Source: an uncultured Gammaproteobacteria bacterium (GTDB taxonomy: Bacteria; Patescibacteriota; Patescibacteriia; Magasanikbacterales; GWA2-37-8). From it: DNA of 64,000 nucleotides. Of the stretch, positions 59,704-64,000 are shown piece by piece. A program made the position numbers and the translations under genes. Where the stretch lies: assembly GCA_964596525.1 (NCBI GenBank), contig CAZQUL010000001.1:951723-1015722 (forward strand), given 5' to 3'. The notes beneath the pieces are model-generated. The model saw nothing but the letters and a program-made list of their open reading frames with translations, had not been told where the DNA came from and made no database searches. The first letter of the stretch is position 1; each line of letters starts with the position of its first letter.

Positions 59704-61170
59704 TCAGGTAAAGAAATTGGAATGGAAACAGGGGTTACCCGTAAAATCGACAGGGGTGACGAGTTCGCGGGCAATGGCGGTGCCAGCTTCGTTAAGCGTG
59801 TTATGGGCTTTCATAAGGCGTTTCGCGCTTTGGATACGCAAGAGGTCGTCGCCGATTTCGGTATTGGGGTACAAAATTACGTTGTAGCCGTGCTCGCGCA
59901 GCACTTTTTTGGCACGGCGGATATGAAAGAGCGGCTCGGCGCAGACGCGCTGGATGATTTGGGCGCCGTCGGTAACCGCGACGAGTTTTTCGTTGGAGTA
60001 GGGGAGGTTAAGGAGGCCTCCGAGATGCGCCTCAAACGTAGTGAGCCCTGCGCTCGGCGTCTGGGCGCGCTCTTTTTCTTGTAGGAGTGACTCGTACGTG
60101 GTTGAGGCCGGTTGACGCGCATTGATTTCAATGAGGTAAAGTTTTTGACTGTCTTCATCCAGAATAACGTCGATGCCGAAGAGTCCCTTCCAGCCGTCGT
60201 ATGCGAGTTTTTTCCCTACTGCCGTAGCTATGGCGTGGTATTCGTTTTTGAGTTTGGGTGAAAGCAGTTCGTGCGGCAGCGCCCAATCGTTACCGATGGT
60301 GGCGAACGGTCGGTCGGTGAAAGGTGTCAGGCCGGTTATTTGGTAATTGATATTGCCGACCAAGATAGTGTCACCCCATACGACATTATTGCTCGTAAAC
60401 ATGGGGCCGCGAACGAAGCGCGTGAGGCGTACCGGCCGGTTGGGAAATTGTTTGTAAAGTGGCTCTAAATCACGTTCCAAACGGATGTGCATGGTTCCGC
60501 TGCCGGTGTGCGCGCGATTAAACTGGAGGATGAACCCTTCGTGAGGAGGAGAGGATAATTTTGCGCACGCCTCGGTATATGAAATATCTTTGAGAATGAG
60601 GCGCGTGTGCGGCGGCAAGAATCGTTCCAGATCGCCCAGCCAGTCGAGCTGGCTAATTTTTTCTTCTACGGTGCGTGAAAGTTCAGCTGGCGGATTGAGC
60701 AGGTTGAATCCTTGCTCAAAACACAGACGTTCAATGGCCGGCGTATTCTTGAAAACAAGAACGCCCGGCTGGCCGAGGTGTTTGAGTATTTCAATGGTTG
60801 TCGGGTGGGCGAGAAGTTCGTGAGTGTCAAGCGGCTTTAGACCGGGAATGAGGGTGATGTTCTTGAGGGGCGGCTCGGCGTCGGTTGTGCTCGTGAGAGA
60901 TTTGGCAAAGGGGGTGCTGTTGGTTATAATGTGGTAGTTCTCGTACTCTTTGCCGAGCCCTAAAGCCCGCTCAATATCGCGGGCTATGTAGACAATCGGC
61001 TGTTTATTTAGGGCTAATTTGAGAGCATTCATAGTCTGCATACTATCAAAAAACATTTTGTTTGGCAACGTTTGTATGCCCATAGTAAAAACGCGGTATT
61101 TCTCGCCTGCGCTAAAAAATCTACTTTTTTTGCTTTTCGTTCCTGCCGTGGTGTTCGCACTTATTTCCAC
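59704..61170 (-). CDS. ATP-grasp family carboxylate-amine ligase with N- and C-terminal extensions
   Basis: The ATP-grasp core ends in LYLIEINARQPAST. It lies 3 nt upstream of the NlpC/P60 gene, consistent with operon coupling. Confidence 0.55.
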   Translation of the reverse strand: MEISANTTAGTKSKKSRFFSAGEKYRVFTMGIQTLPNKMFFDSMQTMNALKLALNKQPIVYIARDIERALGLGKEYENYHIITNSTPFAKSLTSTTDAEPPLKNITLIPGLKPLDTHELLAHPTTIEILKHLGQPGVLVFKNTPAIERLCFEQGFNLLNPPAELSRTVEEKISQLDWLGDLERFLPPHTRLILKDISYTEACAKLSSPPHEGFILQFNRAHTGSGTMHIRLERDLEPLYKQFPNRPVRLTRFVRGPMFTSNNVVWGDTILVGNINYQITGLTPFTDRPFATIGNDWALPHELLSPKLKNEYHAIATAVGKKLAYDGWKGLFGIDVILDEDSQKLYLIEINARQPASTTYESLLQEKERAQTPSAGLTTFEAHLGGLLNLPYSNEKLVAVTDGAQIIQRVCAEPLFHIRRAKKVLREHGYNVILYPNTEIGDDLLRIQSAKRLMKAHNTLNEAGTAIARELVTPVDFTGNPCFHSNFFT

Positions 61171-61315
61171 TGTAAGTTTTGTGACAGTAAAATGGGTCGG
61201 CTGCGAGAAGCCTTTTGCTATTAAAAGAGTATTTTTTTGGGAGCCAGATTACTGGTTATGCGAAGCTGTCACTGGATTCGGGATCTGGTATCTTGATCCT
61301 GGAGCAATTTAGCAT

Positions 61316-62281
61316 ATGAATATAGTAACAACAACTCTTAAACAATTCGGCCGACTGAGCGTGAATGCGCTTATGTCAAAGTACACCACGTTACATATCG
61401 GCGGCTCGGCCCAATTTTTTATTGAAGTGACGGAAACGGAAAAATTCGTTGAACTCCTCCGTTTTTTGGTGGGCGAAGGAATTCCGTACTACCTTCTCGG
61501 TGGCGGCTCCAACATGCTCTGGCAGGATGAATTGTTTGAAGGCGTGGTTGTTAAAGTGGCTACAGGGCGCGTTGATTTTTTGCCGGGCGAGGTGCTTAAA
61601 GTGGACGCTGGTGTTGCGTCTACGGCGCTCGTCATGAATTCCATCAAGCATAAGCTGCGCGGCTTGGAGTGGGCGATGGGCCTTCCGGGTACGATCGGCG
61701 GCGCCGTGCGCGGTAATGCGGGCGCGCCATGGAAAGACCTCATCGAAGGTAATGGCGATATCGCGAGCCTGGCGCGCTCGGTGAGCGTTTTTCGCGACGG
61801 CGAGGTGATAGACATTCCGGCGGCAGAGTGTGCGTTCGCGTATCGAGACAGCATATTCAAACATTCTGCCGATATCGTGCTTAGCGCCGAATTCCAGCTC
61901 GAGCCCGGTAACCCGCAGACGAGCTTGGCGATCGTGCAAGAAATCAATCGCCGCCGGGCCGCGCATTACCCTAAACTCCCTTCGGCTGGAAGTTTTTTCA
62001 AGAACGTTGATTTTAAAGATTGGCCCGGCGACATCGAAAAACTTCCCGAGCATTTCGCGCGTACCAAAAAAGTGCCCTCCGGTTGGATCAACGAACAGAA
62101 CGGGCTTAAAGGGTACCGCGTAGGCGGTGCCATGGTTTCAAACGAACATGGCAATTTCATCGTCAATGTGGATAATGCCACCCAAGCCGACGTTCTTAAC
62201 CTCGTTGAAGAAATCAATCGCCGGGCGTATACTACGTTTGGCGTTACCCTCGAACCAGAGGTAATGATTATACGTTTATAA
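61316..62281 (+). CDS. murB: UDP-N-acetylenolpyruvoylglucosamine reductase
   Basis: FAD-binding TLHIGGSAQ and YYLLGGGSNML are present. GLEWAMGLPGTIGGAVRGNAGA is present, with the C-terminal MurB domain. Confidence 0.85.
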   Translation: MNIVTTTLKQFGRLSVNALMSKYTTLHIGGSAQFFIEVTETEKFVELLRFLVGEGIPYYLLGGGSNMLWQDELFEGVVVKVATGRVDFLPGEVLKVDAGVASTALVMNSIKHKLRGLEWAMGLPGTIGGAVRGNAGAPWKDLIEGNGDIASLARSVSVFRDGEVIDIPAAECAFAYRDSIFKHSADIVLSAEFQLEPGNPQTSLAIVQEINRRRAAHYPKLPSAGSFFKNVDFKDWPGDIEKLPEHFARTKKVPSGWINEQNGLKGYRVGGAMVSNEHGNFIVNVDNATQADVLNLVEEINRRAYTTFGVTLEPEVMIIRL

Positions 62282-62373
62282 GTTACTAGCACCGATTGTT
62301 TTATCGCTTCAGTGTTTCAGTGTAAAATAGACCTGAAGCCCTGTGACCGTAAAACAATTAATTTATTTCTGCT

Positions 62374-62733
62374 ATGCACATCTCCATTTCCGGCAAAGGT
62401 ATCGATCTTACGCCTGCTATCGAAGAGTACGTCCATAAAAAAATCGGCGGTTTAGACAAATTCTACGACAAAGTCCAGCGCGCCCATGTTCTTGTCGGTG
62501 TTGACAATCACCATCATTTGGCCGGCGAGATCTTTGTGGCGGAGTGCAAGCTCGAGGTGCCGGGCAAAGATATTTTTGGCGCCAAACACGAGAAAGATCT
62601 GTATGCCGCTATCGATACGCTCCAGGCGTTTTTGCAGGAAGAACTCAAAGCCCACAAACGCAAACACGAAGAAGTAGATCGCCGCGACCAGAAAGCGGTT
62701 CGTGACAGTAAAGAATTTGCCCCTGAAGAATAA
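62374..62733 (+). CDS. hpf: Ribosome hibernation-promoting factor (HPF/RaiA, S30EA family)
   Basis: MHISISGKGIDLTPAIEEYVHKKIGGLDKFYDKV...VGVDNHHHLAGEIFVAECKLEVPGKDIFGAKHEKDLYAAID. Confidence 0.85.
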   Translation: MHISISGKGIDLTPAIEEYVHKKIGGLDKFYDKVQRAHVLVGVDNHHHLAGEIFVAECKLEVPGKDIFGAKHEKDLYAAIDTLQAFLQEELKAHKRKHEEVDRRDQKAVRDSKEFAPEE

Positions 62734-62750
62734 CTCTTTTCGTCTGTCGC

Positions 62751-64000
62751 ATGCCTCGCAAGCGTACAACAAAAAAGAAAAAAGAGGACCTTGACATCGA
62801 AGAAGTCGAAGAAGAGAGTGCTGAGGAGAATGCTGAGCCGGCTTTGGCTCCCCACTTGGTCCGCGGGCTCTCGGCACTCGCCTTATACGTCGTGGCCATT
62901 CTTTCGGCCCTCAGTTTTTTTGCACAAGCTGGGGTGGCTGGAACGTATTTCGACGCAGCGTTGTCCCTTACCTTTGGTGATGTGCGTTATGTCTTTCCTA
63001 TCGTCCTCACAGTAGTGGCAACGCTCACCTGGCGCCAAGAACGACACTATGAATACCGAGCTACGCATCTCGTGGGCGCCCTCGTCTTTTTTTTGAGTTT
63101 CAACGGTTTGGTGCATCTGCAAGATCCGGGGCTCGAGCGTGCCATGGCGGGACATGGCGGCGGTATGGCCGGTTATGCATTATCTGAGCCGCTCTTTACG
63201 TATACTGGTTACTGGGGCGCGACCGTAGTTTTGGTTGGTTTGCTTTTGGCTTCGTTCATCCTGCTTTTTAACGCGCCGCTCGCTGATATTATCTTTGTCC
63301 ATCGTAAAGTACTGCTCGGTTTTGGCACGCTCGGCCGCGGGCTTTTGGCATTCTTTGGCATTTTCCGTCGTGAGAGCGCTGAGGCATCCAACGAGTTTGA
63401 CTACCCCGAAGAAGAGGAAGAGTCCGAACCCGAACCCGAATTACCTGATGAGCCTGTAATTACCCGCACCGAACTCAAGCAGCCCCCGTTACCCACTATG
63501 GACGAAGAAGAAGGTGAAGATGAGTCGGATGAGTCAGAAGAGGAATCCGAGGATGAAGAGGGTGCAGAAACCGCGCCCCAGGTTATAACTATCGAAAAAC
63601 CCAAGCGCGTATACACATTGCCGCCGGTGGATTTACTGTTTAATTCCAAGAGCAAACCGACTTCTGGCGACATTAAAAGTAGTGTCCAGATTATCCAAGA
63701 AACGTTCAAGAATTTCGGCATCGAGGTGGAAATGGGCGAGGTGCGCGTTGGTCCGACTGTTACGCAGTTTTCGTTTAAACCCGCGCGCGGCGTTAAGCTT
63801 ACCCGCATCACGGCGCTCAGCAACGACCTGGCGCTCGCGCTTGCTGCCCACCCCATCCGTATCGAAGCGCCGATTCCTGGTAAATCACTAGTTGGTATCG
63901 AGGTGCCGAATAAAAAGGTGGCCATGGTTAGCTTCCGCGAGCTTTTGGAAAGTGAAGAATACCGTAACCGTCCGCATAATATGATGGTCGCGCTCGGCAA
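62751..64000 (+). CDS. ftsK: DNA translocase FtsK/SpoIIIE, 5' portion (N-terminal TM domain, acidic linker, start of motor domain); truncated by the window end
   Basis: The ORF is not in the track because it has no stop. The terminal region reads GPTVTQFSFKPARGVKLTRITALSNDLALALAAHPIRIEAPIPGKSLVGIEVPN, the FtsK alpha-domain signature. Confidence 0.8.
   Translation, partial: MPRKRTTKKKKEDLDIEEVEEESAEENAEPALAPHLVRGLSALALYVVAILSALSFFAQAGVAGTYFDAALSLTFGDVRYVFPIVLTVVATLTWRQERHYEYRATHLVGALVFFLSFNGLVHLQDPGLERAMAGHGGGMAGYALSEPLFTYTGYWGATVVLVGLLLASFILLFNAPLADIIFVHRKVLLGFGTLGRGLLAFFGIFRRESAEASNEFDYPEEEEESEPEPELPDEPVITRTELKQPPLPTMDEEEGEDESDESEEESEDEEGAETAPQVITIEKPKRVYTLPPVDLLFNSKSKPTSGDIKSSVQIIQETFKNFGIEVEMGEVRVGPTVTQFSFKPARGVKLTRITALSNDLALALAAHPIRIEAPIPGKSLVGIEVPNKKVAMVSFRELLESEEYRNRPHNMMVALG

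Noticed and set aside
63401-64000. 199-aa Ser-rich minus-strand ORF at the right edge
   Set aside because: It is antisense to the ftsK coding frame, whose C-terminal alpha-domain signature is unambiguous on the plus strand.

Overview
The window splits into two compositionally distinct parts, judged by eye without computing GC content.

Positions ~1-23,500 are AT-rich and look like accessory or mobile DNA. They contain:
- a tightly packed minus-strand operon: Maf, a guanylate-kinase-like P-loop kinase, an MfnA-like PLP decarboxylase, a GHMP kinase and an APH-like phosphotransferase;
- a putative replicative/integrative module: a Rep_trans-like protein, an excisionase-family HTH protein, a Type III R-M mod/res pair and a large serine recombinase;
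- a copper-resistance operon (csoR, copA, an HMA-DsbD_2-like membrane protein, a cupredoxin-like protein) preceded by a perfect 22-bp CsoR-type operator palindrome;
- an apparently intact IS3-family insertion sequence (OrfA/OrfB, A7G -1 frameshift site, 13-bp terminal IRs TGATCCAACCCCC) inserted next to a UvrD-like helicase C-terminal remnant;
- a second small integrative module (SpoVG-like and wHTH-like proteins and a second large serine recombinase) abutting a tRNA-Asn(GTT) gene at 23425-23499.

Positions ~23,600-64,000 are GC-richer and core-like. They contain:
- a 1138-aa Gly-rich surface protein with about seven FN3-like repeats;
- an orphan sufB;
- an FNR-like oxidoreductase and typA/bipA;
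- a DUF1003 protein with 63-bp tandem repeats;
- a priA-def-fmt cluster in which PriA has degenerate Walker A/DEAH motifs;
- a YgiD/LigB-like dioxygenase;
- an S11 DD-carboxypeptidase with novel N-terminal repeats, next to PBP1A;
- SIMPL, a fatty-acid-hydroxylase-family protein, a Kazal/Gmad2 protein, tsaC/sua5 and a YceI-like protein;
- a single-ORF zwf-gnd (G6PD-6PGDH) fusion;
- mraY, two convergent SPFH proteins, a cytoplasmic NlpC/P60-like hydrolase coupled to an ATP-grasp ligase, murB, hpf and the 5' part of ftsK.

No rRNA genes or CRISPR arrays were seen. The gene content (many small secreted proteins, a sparse cell-envelope set) suggests a small-genome bacterium; this is inference only.

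All calls rest on motif recognition by eye. No database searches were run.
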